This document shows, in pieces, positions 28,619 to 38,663 of a stretch of DNA of 45,264 nt (the first letter of the stretch is position 1; each line of letters starts with the position of its first letter). The DNA is from a virus (lineage: Duplodnaviria > Caudoviricetes): IMG/VR virus record IMGVR_UViG_3300033512_000293, positions 1-45,264 of that record; one strand, given 5' to 3'. Made by a program: the position numbers and the translations under genes. The notes beneath the pieces were generated by a model that worked only from the letters and a program-made list of their open reading frames with translations, had not been told where the DNA came from and ran no database searches.

Positions 28619-29959
28619 TTATACACCCGCAGTAGGCATGTCTGGGTTACCCCCGGTAGCAGACGTACTACCAGCCCCTCCCGAAACAGGAGCAGTTGCG
28701 GCCGGTTGAATACCAACAGGGGTACCATCTTGTACATATTGAGCGCCCGTACCAAATAAGTAAGCTGCCAAGATATTTTTATCGGCATTATCTGCCTCTA
28801 TTCGTGGAAGACCAATCATATCCCTTGCCTCATTAAGTGTTGATAATCCGGTAGAATAGCTATCTTTTGCAGCTCCAGATTTTACATCGAGGCTTGTTTC
28901 TAATTCTACTACTCTATCGAGGTCAAAGGAAAATCTTAAAGTTGCATCTTTAAATTTGTTTTGTAAAAATAATGAGATGTTATCTTCTATTTTATATAGG
29001 TAAGGCCGGACTGCTGTATTAAATACTGCTTTCATTAAGTCTTGAGGCTTAGAGGTAGAGGTGTTCTCTCCCCCTAGCGCTAATGCATTTATTTTAAATA
29101 CCCTAAGAACTCTCTTATCACTAATATTCAATGAATCTAATATCTTAGCATCTTGTGGAGTAGACTGAATAGGATTATATTTTAGACCACTTGGTAATAC
29201 TGCTGTACCACCCCTCTTAGTTCCGTCTTTGCCATATAACATTTGAAATTGTTCTTGTATTGCTGTAGTTTGCTCTGGGGATAGTGCATATTCAGACTCC
29301 AATAATCCAGTTAGTAAACTGGAGTTTTCATAGAAGCTCTTTAAATCATCAATTGCATAACTCTCTAGTAATAAAGTATCAAGCAATGGCCTTACAGCAG
29401 GAACTCCATAGTATAGGTTATTTAAGGTAGGATTTCTTACTACACATACTTCATCAGCTTTATATGCTGTTTTATCATTCCAAATAAAACCACTAATATA
29501 TTTAGTAGCATCCGGGACAATTTTTACAGCAGAGGGGGCCCCTAAGAACCAAGATTCGTATCTACCTTTATTCATTTCAAATGTCATGAATGCCGTGCCT
29601 GATAAGAGTAATGCTTGTATTTGTAATTCTATCATTTCTCCCCAAGTAAAATGAGGGTTTGGGTTTTGTGCCCACTGTGCTAATTTATCAGTACTAGGCA
29701 TAGGTACAAGCTTTCCTGTTTTATCAAGCTTTCCAACCTTTGGTACAGCCTGAGAAGCAGCCTTTGAAATATAATCTACACAACTAAAGATTAATTCACT
29801 TGTATGTAGGGTATTTTCTTCAGTACTTTTTGCTAATCTTCCATTACCATCAGTATATGAGGTCATTGCCTCTTTATTATTTTTAGAGGCCTTAGTAGTC
29901 AAGAAAAATGAACTACCTCTATCCGGTGACTTACTTTTAAAATAACTTAATATTCCCAT
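28619..29959 (-). CDS. Portal protein (HK97 family)
   Basis: NPNPH, YYGVPAV, GGTAVLPSGLKY, TLNEARDMIGLP. Confidence 0.92.
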   Translation of the reverse strand: MGILSYFKSKSPDRGSSFFLTTKASKNNKEAMTSYTDGNGRLAKSTEENTLHTSELIFSCVDYISKAASQAVPKVGKLDKTGKLVPMPSTDKLAQWAQNPNPHFTWGEMIELQIQALLLSGTAFMTFEMNKGRYESWFLGAPSAVKIVPDATKYISGFIWNDKTAYKADEVCVVRNPTLNNLYYGVPAVRPLLDTLLLESYAIDDLKSFYENSSLLTGLLESEYALSPEQTTAIQEQFQMLYGKDGTKRGGTAVLPSGLKYNPIQSTPQDAKILDSLNISDKRVLRVFKINALALGGENTSTSKPQDLMKAVFNTAVRPYLYKIEDNISLFLQNKFKDATLRFSFDLDRVVELETSLDVKSGAAKDSYSTGLSTLNEARDMIGLPRIEADNADKNILAAYLFGTGAQYVQDGTPVGIQPAATAPVSGGAGSTSATGGNPDMPTAGV

Positions 29960-30189
29960 TTTATCTCCAATAAGGACTTTACTGTTTAATAATCGTTTTT
30001 AAAAAGAAAATTATCGTTTTATTATCAGAAAACCTATAAGTAACCTTAAAGTAAGCTTAAAGTAAGCTTAAAAAAGGGGTGTCCGGTTTCCTATTATTGT
30101 ATTCCCCCTTTTTGGTCTCTTTTAGGGTACTTTAGAACACCTTTTCTAATTATGACGATTATTAAATAGAGATTAAAGAAGAGAGGAAA
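29960..30189. promoter_or_regulatory. Divergent control region between the head operon and the terminase operon
   Basis: ACGATWAT at 29989 and 30010 (minus) and 30155 (plus); three tandem 11-mers at 30038-30070; inverted repeat 30071-30113. Confidence 0.65.
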
Positions 30190-30447
30190 GTGATGAAAGT
30201 TAATTTATATAAATCTCCAGTTCATAAAGTTGTTTTTATAGATAATTTAGATTTTACGTTTGAATGTACATGTGGAAAAGAGTTTATAACAAACATGAAA
30301 GAATATTCTGAGTTGTTAAGGTGTCCTATATGTTCTTCTGCTAAACTTTCCCATCCTTTCCTATTCCCCTCAGAGATAACAGAATTATTTACATATGTTT
30401 ATGATGAAATACTTACACAATATCCAAATAAATTAACGAGGAATTAA
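30190..30447 (+). CDS. Small zinc-ribbon protein
   Basis: CTCG...CPIC; GAGG SD. Confidence 0.65.
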   Translation: MMKVNLYKSPVHKVVFIDNLDFTFECTCGKEFITNMKEYSELLRCPICSSAKLSHPFLFPSEITELFTYVYDEILTQYPNKLTRN

Positions 30448-30927
30448 ATGAGTGATAATTTACCAACTATTCCAGAAGTAGGATTAACTCCAGATGTTGA
30501 ACAAAAGCTTACAACAGAATTAGTGTTCACAGAGGGTGTGGCCTCCCAAAAGCCCATGACCTTAATAGAGAGAGCCATATGTGAGATGAGAGCAGATAGA
30601 AAAACAAATATATCAATTGCAACGTATCTTGGTATAAGTCTAAATGAAGTTAAGAGAGTTCTTGCTAAGGAGCATGTAAGAGAGTTTTTAAAAGAGTTAA
30701 TTAATGCTCAATATGATATGTCTAAAGAATATAGACTTGAAATGCTGGATAAGATAATTCAAGCTAAATTAGAGGAACTTGGAGATGACCTTAAGGGTGC
30801 TACTAAAAAGGACATTGTAGATTTATTATTAATTCAGGACTCTATGCTTAAAGAGAGGGAAAAGAAAACTTTAGGTACTAATGAAGATACCTATATTACT
30901 CTATTACAACAGATAGTCAAACAATAA
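30448..30927 (+). CDS. terS: Terminase small subunit (T5-like)
   Basis: N-terminal HTH-like segment, LDKIIQAKLEE...TKKDIVDLL; TAATG-coupled to terL. Confidence 0.75.
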   Translation: MSDNLPTIPEVGLTPDVEQKLTTELVFTEGVASQKPMTLIERAICEMRADRKTNISIATYLGISLNEVKRVLAKEHVREFLKELINAQYDMSKEYRLEMLDKIIQAKLEELGDDLKGATKKDIVDLLLIQDSMLKEREKKTLGTNEDTYITLLQQIVKQ

Positions 30928-32297
30928 TGAGTGCCTTAGCCCCTGATGAGTTATTTATAACCCCTGATGTAGAAATATATCAGTCTGTAGCAAATAAAAT
31001 AGATTATTATTCTTCTGCATCTTTATTAAAATTTAAACCACACCCTGCACAATTAGAAGTATATAGTTGTGTATCTAGTAGACAATTTGATGTTATAACT
31101 TTAGCATGTGGTAGACGTTTTGGTAAGTCCGAGGTAATGGCTGCTATTGCCAGTACAGAATTATTAATTCCTCAAGCTAGAGTATTACTTGTAACTCCTA
31201 CATTTGCAAACGCTAAAGCTATTTATGATAAGGTTGAATTAGCAATTATAAAGTTAGGGTTAAAAATTAAATCAAAAGATATAAAGCTATTAACCTTTAC
31301 ACTAGAATATGGACAAACTATTGTATGTGCTACTCCTAAGTCTATCTCTAATGTTCTAGGATTTAAGTATTCACTAGTAATTTTCGATGAGTCTCAGGAT
31401 ATTCCAGGAATTATGGATATTTGGGAAAATAAGATTAACCCAGCTCAATCTGACTACGGTTTGCAACCAGATGGATTTTCTTATTCTAAAACAATGTTTA
31501 TTGGAACGGTTAGAGATTTTGATAACGACTTTTATATTCCTTTTGAAAGAGGTATGGATGGACTACCAGGGTACGTATCATTTAACTTTCCCACTTCTTC
31601 AAATCCTTATATATCAGCTGAGTTCTTAGCTAAAAAAGAGGCTACCCTACCTAAAAAGACTTTTGATATGGAATATAAGGGCATTTGGCAATCCTTAAGA
31701 GATGCTTTGGTATATTATTCCTTTGACCTAGTAGAAAATGTAAAACCAATATCTAGCCTACCTACTATTTTAAATAATGTTGGGGCAGAATTAGTAGGCA
31801 TTGACTTCGGTTTCGCAGATAACACTGGTCAGTTACTGGGAGTTGTTGAAAAACTTACTGGAATCGTGACAATCATAGGAGAATATAAAGCTGAACAACT
31901 AGCACTTGAACAGCATGTAGCATCCTTTAAAGATAATGAAAAGATATATTTTAAGGGAACTCCTAATAGATATACAGACCCTTCTGCTGCTCAATTAATA
32001 CATGATATGGCTACTTCCTACTCATATTATACAGGACCAGCCATAAATAAGATTGATGAGGGAATTGATACTATAAATGCAATGTTTTATCATAAAAAAT
32101 TGTTTATTATGGAAAATTGCAAAGAGCTTATAAGTGAGATAAAAAATATGTCTTGGAAAAACCCTAAGACTAAAGAGGTTCAGAGAACTAAACGACATAA
32201 ACACTTTGACTTAGCTTTATCTACTTTAAGATATATTGTATATACATGGTATATACAAAAAGATTTATCTATTCAAATTATAAAGAATAAGAAGTAG
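30927..32297 (+). CDS. terL: Terminase large subunit
   Basis: Walker A CGRRFGKS, Walker B LVIFDE, nuclease GIDFG, DPSAAQ. Confidence 0.95.
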   Translation: MSALAPDELFITPDVEIYQSVANKIDYYSSASLLKFKPHPAQLEVYSCVSSRQFDVITLACGRRFGKSEVMAAIASTELLIPQARVLLVTPTFANAKAIYDKVELAIIKLGLKIKSKDIKLLTFTLEYGQTIVCATPKSISNVLGFKYSLVIFDESQDIPGIMDIWENKINPAQSDYGLQPDGFSYSKTMFIGTVRDFDNDFYIPFERGMDGLPGYVSFNFPTSSNPYISAEFLAKKEATLPKKTFDMEYKGIWQSLRDALVYYSFDLVENVKPISSLPTILNNVGAELVGIDFGFADNTGQLLGVVEKLTGIVTIIGEYKAEQLALEQHVASFKDNEKIYFKGTPNRYTDPSAAQLIHDMATSYSYYTGPAINKIDEGIDTINAMFYHKKLFIMENCKELISEIKNMSWKNPKTKEVQRTKRHKHFDLALSTLRYIVYTWYIQKDLSIQIIKNKK

Positions 32298-32332
32298 ATA
32301 ATATATAAAAATCATATTTACTAGGAGATTAA

Positions 32333-32788
32333 ATGAATTTTGAAGATTGGTATAATATTAATCCACTAAAAGATAAATTAGAGGAATTAGATTTAACAGA
32401 AAAAGAAAAGAAAATATTGACGCCTGTCATTCTAAATAGTTCTTTTATTATTGAGGCTAAGCCTTTCTATCAAGAACTAGGTAAAATACAGAAAACCTAT
32501 ATTGTTCCTGATTTTTTATTAAAGCAATTTGCCTTAACTTATAAAAAAAGATTTTTAACTGCTTTTTCTTATTACGACTTAGAAAAGGAAATAAATTATT
32601 TAATTAAATTTGTCCCTGCTGGGGTTAAATTAAGAGATGCTGTTATTCCTACAGATAAATATGAGGATTTACTTAAAGAAGAGCTTAAATTTTTCTCTCA
32701 TACTCCCGAAAAAGGATTTAATGAGCTTATAAAAATTCTTAATAAGGGAAAACTAATCGGATGGAAGTTCAAACAACCAAGACAGTAA
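32333..32788 (+). CDS. Hypothetical protein
   Basis: 151 aa, AGGAG SD. Confidence 0.7.
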   Translation: MNFEDWYNINPLKDKLEELDLTEKEKKILTPVILNSSFIIEAKPFYQELGKIQKTYIVPDFLLKQFALTYKKRFLTAFSYYDLEKEINYLIKFVPAGVKLRDAVIPTDKYEDLLKEELKFFSHTPEKGFNELIKILNKGKLIGWKFKQPRQ

Positions 32789-33042
32789 GGCGTGAGGCCC
32801 TCTCAGAGCACGAAAAAGACTTTCTAAGGGAAAACTACCTCTACCTAACCGATGAGGCAATAGCGGACGTCCTAGGCCTATCTGGAGCTGTTACAGCAAG
32901 AAAGATTCGCTCTAATTTAAAACTTAGAAGGAATAGGAAGAGCACTCAGAGCTTTATTAAAGAAATACCTATGATTATTTGGTTACAACGAGAATTATAT
33001 GATTCAACTTCTTTTGAAAATTTAGTAAGGATTAGCATTTAG
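32761..33042 (+). CDS. Putative HTH DNA-binding protein
   Basis: EKDFLRENY..LTDEAIADVLG...RSNLKL pattern. Confidence 0.55.
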   Translation: MEVQTTKTVRREALSEHEKDFLRENYLYLTDEAIADVLGLSGAVTARKIRSNLKLRRNRKSTQSFIKEIPMIIWLQRELYDSTSFENLVRISI

Positions 33043-33044
33043 TA

Positions 33045-33073
33045 TTGACTCCTTTTCTTAATTATTGTATACT
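33045..33073 (+). promoter_or_regulatory. Sigma70-type promoter
   Basis: TTGACT-N17-TATACT upstream of the nucleotide-metabolism genes. Confidence 0.75.
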
Positions 33074-33103
33074 TATGTAAACTTTAAGAGAAAAGGAGAA
33101 AAA

Positions 33104-33628
33104 ATGCTTTTAGACGTGTTAATGAAAAATCAGTTGGTGGATGGATTGGTGATGCCATTCTTCCCAGAGATTAGACAATGGAATCTCATTAGAAATGAAC
33201 TTTCCTTTAGTGAAACTTTAGAAATGACTATGCTCAATGAAGAATATTATGAAACATTGAATGCAGAGAAACTAGTTGATAGGGTTGATGGGCTACTTGA
33301 CTATGGCTTTGTGCTTGGTGGTACAATTGCAAAATGGTTACAAAATCCTGATGATAGTGAAGATACAATGTTATTTATGGATAAATATTGTGGTCACTTC
33401 ATAGATTTATTTATTGTAGTAAGTAAATATATGGTAAAAGAGCTTGGTATAGACCAACAAAAAATTCCTGAAGTTTTAGCCCACGGTATGAAGCTGGTAA
33501 TTGAGGCTAATGAGCGTAAAGGTACTATCAAAAATGAGGCCGGTAAGATAGTAAAACCTAAAGATTTTGTAGGCCCGGAGGCTGCTCTATCCTCTCTACT
33601 TGAATCTTATAGAGAAGAGAGAGAATAA
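33104..33628 (+). CDS. MazG-like / PRA-PH family nucleotide pyrophosphohydrolase
   Basis: EEYYE...DGLLD acidic motif, ANERK, GKIVKPKDFVGPE; ATG at 33104 after AAGGAG. Confidence 0.75.
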   Translation: MLLDVLMKNQLVDGLVMPFFPEIRQWNLIRNELSFSETLEMTMLNEEYYETLNAEKLVDRVDGLLDYGFVLGGTIAKWLQNPDDSEDTMLFMDKYCGHFIDLFIVVSKYMVKELGIDQQKIPEVLAHGMKLVIEANERKGTIKNEAGKIVKPKDFVGPEAALSSLLESYREERE

Positions 33629-33630
33629 TT

Positions 33631-33882
33631 ATGAAAAGAAGTCTAACAGAAGATGAAATTAGACTTCTTTTTCTTGGCTACTTTAATAATGGAGAATCCC
33701 AGGCTTCTTTAGCTAATAGATTCTCCATTACTCCCAAAGCAGTATATAATATACTGTATCTCCAAACATATCAAGAATATTCTTCTAATATACTATTCAA
33801 TGATTTAAAAGTATCAAGTATGAATGAGTATATTAAAAAAAGAGAAGAAAGAAAAAAGCTTGGGTTAGGGAGAAAAGCATGA
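33631..33882 (+). CDS. HTH domain protein
   Basis: LTEDEIR...GESQASLANRFSITPKAVYNI. Confidence 0.65.
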   Translation: MKRSLTEDEIRLLFLGYFNNGESQASLANRFSITPKAVYNILYLQTYQEYSSNILFNDLKVSSMNEYIKKREERKKLGLGRKA

Positions 33883-34121
33883 CCTTAGAAGAGAAAGAGG
33901 CTTACCTTGTATCACAAATAGGAAATGAAAAAAATTTTATAGAGTTCGTTATGTTAGAAACAACCAAAGTTGTAAAAGAAATACATATCTTGTCTGAGGA
34001 TAAGAAGCTACTAATAGTAATTGAAAATTATTTTATATCACTAGAAGAAGCCTTAGACTTTGTTGGAGAGATTAAAGAAAGTAGACTTTTATACGGAAAA
34101 CCGTATAAAATAATTTATTAA
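33879..34121 (+). CDS. Hypothetical protein
   Basis: 80 aa, ATGA overlap. Confidence 0.6.
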   Translation: MTLEEKEAYLVSQIGNEKNFIEFVMLETTKVVKEIHILSEDKKLLIVIENYFISLEEALDFVGEIKESRLLYGKPYKIIY

Positions 34122-34133
34122 AAAGGAAAAATA

Positions 34134-36149
34134 GTGGAAAGAATACCATTACAACCAACCTCGGTTGAAATTACAAATAAAAAATACCAATTAAAAGATG
34201 CTCAATCAAATCCAATTGATAAATCTCTTGATGATATTTACATGAGGGTAGCTACTGCATTGGCCTCTGTTGAGGAAAATCCCTCTGACTATATAAAGCT
34301 ATTTTATTATGCTTTAAACTCTGGAGCAACACCGGCAGGGAGAATTTTATCAAACGCAGGTGCTGGGAAGTATAAACCAGCTACTAGTTTGATTAATTGT
34401 ACATTATCTGAAACTGTTAAAGATAGTATGGAAGGAATTTTAGGGAGCAACCTAAAAGCTGGATTAACTCTTAAGGCTGGCTGCGGTATTGGTTATGAAT
34501 TTAGTACTCTTCGCCCTAGTGGTAGTTTTGTAGCAGGGGCAGGTGCAAGTACCTCAGGACCACTATCATTTATGGATATATTTGATAGTACTTGTTTTAC
34601 TGTATCAAGTGCAGGAGGAAGACGAGGAGCTCAGATGGGTACCTTTGCTGTTTGGCATCCTGATGTTTATAAATTTATTCAAGCAAAAAGAGAAAATGGT
34701 AAACTTCGTAACTTTAACTTATCTTTACTTATTGATGATGAATTTATGTATGCAGTAAATAATGAACAACCATGGGATTTAATTTTTCCAGTGCTTCACA
34801 AAGAAATAGAACTAAATTTATTAACATCAGATACTAGAACAGTGTGGAAGAAACTATTTTGGGAGTTAGACTACTGTGAAGAAATGAAATATACTCTTAA
34901 TGAGTCAAAAACTCATATTTTATGTAGAGTGTACGAAACACTTGTGGCTGCTGACTTGTGGGAGACTATTATGAGGTCAACCTATGATTTTGCTGAGCCG
35001 GGATTTTTATTAATTGATAAGATTAATGAATATAATAATAATTACTTCTGCGAGGTTATTAGAGCTACAAATCCTTGCGGAGAGCAACCACTACCACCAA
35101 ATGGTGCTTGTTTATTGGGGAGTATTAACTTAGCCTTTTTAGTAAAAAACCCATTTACACCAGAAGCTTCATTTGATTGGTTAGAATATAGAAAGTTAAT
35201 CAAAATATTTTCAAGAATGTTAGATAATGTTGTTGAGCTAAGTGCATTACCTTTACCAGAGCAAGAAGAAGAATTAAAATACAAACGAAGACATGGTATG
35301 GGTTTTACGGGCCTAGGAAGTGCACTATCTATGCTAGGGATGAGGTATGGTGGACACCAATCAATTCATTTTGCAGAAGAAGTACAGAAGGTAATGGCTA
35401 TTGAGGGGTATGCTGCTGGTATTGATTTAGCAAAAGAAAAAGGAGCTGCTCCTATTTTACAAGATACGACTAATAGAAAGCTGTGGGCAGAAAGTAAGTT
35501 TCTAAAACAAATTTGGGAAGAGAGACCAGATTTATTAATGGAAGCATTAGAGTATGGTTGTAGATATACACATGCTACAAGTATTGCCCCCACAGGAACA
35601 ATCTCACTAAGTGTAAATAATAATGTATCTAATGGAATTGAGCCATCATTTAGTCATAAGTATACTAGAAATGTAATTCAGGAAGGTAAAAATAGTAAGG
35701 AAGCCGTAACAGTTTATTCCTATGAGATGCTCTTATATAAGCATCTATTTGGTAATGATGAAGTGCCAGAAAACTTTAGTACATCTGATACAGTAACAGT
35801 TAGAGAGCATATTGATATTCAAGCTGCAGTTCAAAAATGGTGTGATAGTTCTATTTCCAAGACTATTAATGTACCTACCGCTACTAAGTTTGAAGATTTT
35901 GGGGATATTTATTTATATGCTTATGCGTGTGGATTAAAAGGATGTACAACTTTTAGATTTAATCCAGAAACACTTCAGGGAGTTTTGGTAAGGGATGAAG
36001 ACCTTCAAAATACAGATTATATCTTTTATTTAGAGGGTGGTGAGGAAATTGTTGTAAATGGTGCTGACTCAATTACCTATAATGGAGAGACTAGTAAAGC
36101 AAATAATTTATATGACGCTATTAAGGAAGGTTACTATGGAAAACTTTAA
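34134..36149 (+). CDS. nrdJa: Class II (adenosylcobalamin-dependent) ribonucleotide reductase, catalytic chain
   Basis: PAGRILSNAG, INCT, RRGAQM, TNPCGEQPL, SIAPTGTISL, DSSISKTIN, GLKGCTTFR; no nrdB adjacent. Confidence 0.9.
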   Translation: MERIPLQPTSVEITNKKYQLKDAQSNPIDKSLDDIYMRVATALASVEENPSDYIKLFYYALNSGATPAGRILSNAGAGKYKPATSLINCTLSETVKDSMEGILGSNLKAGLTLKAGCGIGYEFSTLRPSGSFVAGAGASTSGPLSFMDIFDSTCFTVSSAGGRRGAQMGTFAVWHPDVYKFIQAKRENGKLRNFNLSLLIDDEFMYAVNNEQPWDLIFPVLHKEIELNLLTSDTRTVWKKLFWELDYCEEMKYTLNESKTHILCRVYETLVAADLWETIMRSTYDFAEPGFLLIDKINEYNNNYFCEVIRATNPCGEQPLPPNGACLLGSINLAFLVKNPFTPEASFDWLEYRKLIKIFSRMLDNVVELSALPLPEQEEELKYKRRHGMGFTGLGSALSMLGMRYGGHQSIHFAEEVQKVMAIEGYAAGIDLAKEKGAAPILQDTTNRKLWAESKFLKQIWEERPDLLMEALEYGCRYTHATSIAPTGTISLSVNNNVSNGIEPSFSHKYTRNVIQEGKNSKEAVTVYSYEMLLYKHLFGNDEVPENFSTSDTVTVREHIDIQAAVQKWCDSSISKTINVPTATKFEDFGDIYLYAYACGLKGCTTFRFNPETLQGVLVRDEDLQNTDYIFYLEGGEEIVVNGADSITYNGETSKANNLYDAIKEGYYGKL

Positions 36150-36741
36150 GACAATTGAAATTACTAAAAAAATTGTAGGGGTGGGGCTTAAAAAGCCCCT
36201 TAATATAGAAGAAGTGCCCGAGGTTATTAAAGCAACGGATGTAAAACTTCCTAGTGATGCCCCTGCAAGAATGAAAACCCTTAAAGCAGAGGGTAAGAAG
36301 TGGTATTTAACTGTAGTACACCATGAGGGAACAAATATTCCATTTGCACTCTTCTGTCAGACCAACCATAAAGAGAAGTCCGTATCTACAAATATAGCAC
36401 TAGATGGCCTATTAAGTTTAGCTAAACAAAAGGGAATTTTAGAAGAGCACATTAGTAAAACTGTAGAAAAATGTCACTCAGAGCCTAATACCTCAAAACT
36501 TACTAGAGTTATTAGTCTTTTATTACGTCACGGTGTGCATATTAAGAATATTGTTAGTGAGCTTGATAAAATTGACCCAGGTATTGGCTCATTTTTATTT
36601 CAACTTAAGAAACTTTTAAGCTCTTATATAAAAGACGGAGAAAAAGTTGAAGGTAGTAGTTGTTCTGAGTGCGGGGGTACCATGATTTTCTCAGAGGGAT
36701 GTATGATGTGTACTAGCTGTGGTAGTTCTAAGTGTGGATGA
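36136..36741 (+). CDS. nrdJb: Class II RNR C-terminal partner (TSCPD-like domain plus Cys cluster)
   Basis: RVISLLLRHGV; CSECG...EGCMMCTSCGSSKCG end; ATG at 36136 overlaps the nrdJa stop. Confidence 0.8.
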   Translation: MENFKTIEITKKIVGVGLKKPLNIEEVPEVIKATDVKLPSDAPARMKTLKAEGKKWYLTVVHHEGTNIPFALFCQTNHKEKSVSTNIALDGLLSLAKQKGILEEHISKTVEKCHSEPNTSKLTRVISLLLRHGVHIKNIVSELDKIDPGIGSFLFQLKKLLSSYIKDGEKVEGSSCSECGGTMIFSEGCMMCTSCGSSKCG

Positions 36742-37033
36742 TATGCAAAAAGTATACCAACATTATAATAATAAGAAATATTATAAAATTGTAGATTGGT
36801 GTAAAATCCAAGAAGAGGGTAAATGGGTAGATGCCTACATATATAAGGAAAATACCCCCTCTTTTGGGGAGTACAGACAAAAATTTGTTAGAACAATAAC
36901 AGAATTTCATCAAAAATTTATGCCGGTAATGGACGAAGAAGAGTATATGAAGACTTCAGATGGTATTAGCCTCCTAGATTCTATTAGAAATGAACAGTTA
37001 TATAGCTTATTAGGTAAGTATAAAATCTTTTAG
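36719..37033 (+). CDS. DUF1653-like protein
   Basis: YQHY..KKYY...FVRTITEF..KF; true start probably slightly downstream. Confidence 0.6.
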   Translation: MVVLSVDDMQKVYQHYNNKKYYKIVDWCKIQEEGKWVDAYIYKENTPSFGEYRQKFVRTITEFHQKFMPVMDEEEYMKTSDGISLLDSIRNEQLYSLLGKYKIF

Positions 37034-37093
37034 TTAAGAAATATCTAAGGTTTGGTAGAGTACAATATTGATACAAAACCAAAAGGAGATAAA

Positions 37094-37474
37094 ATGTTAA
37101 TTTATGGAAAATATGCAGTCGAGAAAGTAGATTCACTTAATTACCAAGTTTTTAAATTAGGAACTAATGGAAAAACAGGGGAAGATGCAAAAAGAAATAT
37201 TACTTACCACGGTACTTTAATTTCTGCTCTTAGAAAAGTAAGAAGTGGACTACAGGCGGATGCCTTGTCCTCAGAGTCTATAAGCCTAAATGACTTAATT
37301 AAGAAACTTGATAAAGCGGATGTTGATTTTATGAAATTTCTTGATAAATTTACAGTAAATAAAGCGTTAGAAGCAATTTATGCTCCCCCAAAAGAACCTA
37401 GAAAAGAAAAAGCATCCACTGATACGCCCCCTGACGATGAAGATTTAGATGGCGGAGATGATGAGGCAGCTTAA
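37094..37474 (+). CDS. Hypothetical protein with acidic C-terminal tail
   Basis: ATG at 37094 after AAGGAG; ends DDEDLDGGDDEAA. Confidence 0.7.
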   Translation: MLIYGKYAVEKVDSLNYQVFKLGTNGKTGEDAKRNITYHGTLISALRKVRSGLQADALSSESISLNDLIKKLDKADVDFMKFLDKFTVNKALEAIYAPPKEPRKEKASTDTPPDDEDLDGGDDEAA

Positions 37475-37722
37475 TGACTTCTCATTTGTGTGTTTTATGT
37501 GGGGAGTGCTTAACACTTGCTATAAACTCCCCTTGCGAGTGTGGAAAGGTTGCTACTAAGGAACTAAAAGAACCTTATGAGTGTTTGTTAGTATTCTCCA
37601 ATTCCCCTGAAAATTTAAGTTTAGGTAAAGCTTGGTTAAATGAAAATGGTATTTTATCATTTTTTAGAAGATATAAAGACCTTAAACTAGCTAGAATAAC
37701 CCCTATAAATATAGAAAAGTGA
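37474..37722 (+). CDS. Small Cys-rich hypothetical protein
   Basis: CVLCGEC...CECG; TAATG coupling. Confidence 0.6.
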   Translation: MTSHLCVLCGECLTLAINSPCECGKVATKELKEPYECLLVFSNSPENLSLGKAWLNENGILSFFRRYKDLKLARITPINIEK

Positions 37723-37730
37723 GGTAAAAT

Positions 37731-38663
37731 ATGCAATATATTTCTGAAATAAAGAAAAAAGACTTAAAATATGTAAAATACTGCGGAACTAAAGAAGATT
37801 TATTTGCTCTAGGCGAGGGAGAAGTATCACTATACGATTTTTCAATGGCAAACTCATGTCTTGAGGCTAGAATAGAAGCAGTTACTCTAGTAGCTTCCAC
37901 TTGCTACGCTAATCCTAATGCAATTGGGAAGGATACTCTATTTAATAGATTAGCACAAGAATCATTGGGGTTACCTAGCAGTTCCTTTGAGTTTATTCCA
38001 GTTTATCTATCAACCCCTCAGCTTAACTTTATTTTAGATAGGTATGACCGCAATATGGGTCTAAAAATACCCAATATTATTACATATGGGGAGGCAGTTA
38101 ATGGTGTTTGGGTAACAAATTACCGGGCTTTATGTGCAGATTACGATTTTTTAATGGGAGTGGGAGTAAATGTAGAGGATTTTAGGCTTTGGTATGATGA
38201 TACTCTATGTCAACAGGTTGGAAAAGACTATTTTAAGGTGTTTCTTTCCTATATTGATACAAATACTAGGGCTCAGTACATTAGACACAGAAACGCTTCT
38301 TGGCAAGAGCTAAGTAGAAGATATGTATCAGGCTCTAAGTTAGATTTTGAGTTTTACGTTTCTGATAATATGTCCTCTATTAAAACTCAGTATTTATTCC
38401 CCGGGGATAGAAAAATGAGGGAAATAGACTACTCTCAGCTACTAGAAATAGCAAAAGGTTTCTATGAAGCGTCTATAGATAAAGGAATAAAGGCCCAAGA
38501 TGCTAGAAGATGTCTTCCACAGGCCATGTACACCCTTGTATGGAGTGGCTGGAACCCTAAAGGACTTAAAAATTTCTTTAATCTTAGATTAGACCATCAT
38601 GCACAGAGAGAAATAAGATTATTAGCAGAAGCAAAACAAAAATTAATAGAGGAGTATAAATGA
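37731..38663 (+). CDS. thyX: Flavin-dependent thymidylate synthase
   Basis: QYIRHRNASWQELSRRYV (RHR-x7-S), DARRCLP, LRLDHHAQREIR. Confidence 0.92.
   Translation: MQYISEIKKKDLKYVKYCGTKEDLFALGEGEVSLYDFSMANSCLEARIEAVTLVASTCYANPNAIGKDTLFNRLAQESLGLPSSSFEFIPVYLSTPQLNFILDRYDRNMGLKIPNIITYGEAVNGVWVTNYRALCADYDFLMGVGVNVEDFRLWYDDTLCQQVGKDYFKVFLSYIDTNTRAQYIRHRNASWQELSRRYVSGSKLDFEFYVSDNMSSIKTQYLFPGDRKMREIDYSQLLEIAKGFYEASIDKGIKAQDARRCLPQAMYTLVWSGWNPKGLKNFFNLRLDHHAQREIRLLAEAKQKLIEEYK

Noticed and set aside
30927-36149. Inteins or introns in terL or nrdJ
   Set aside because: Both ORFs are continuous and of ordinary length, with no splicing or homing-endonuclease motifs.
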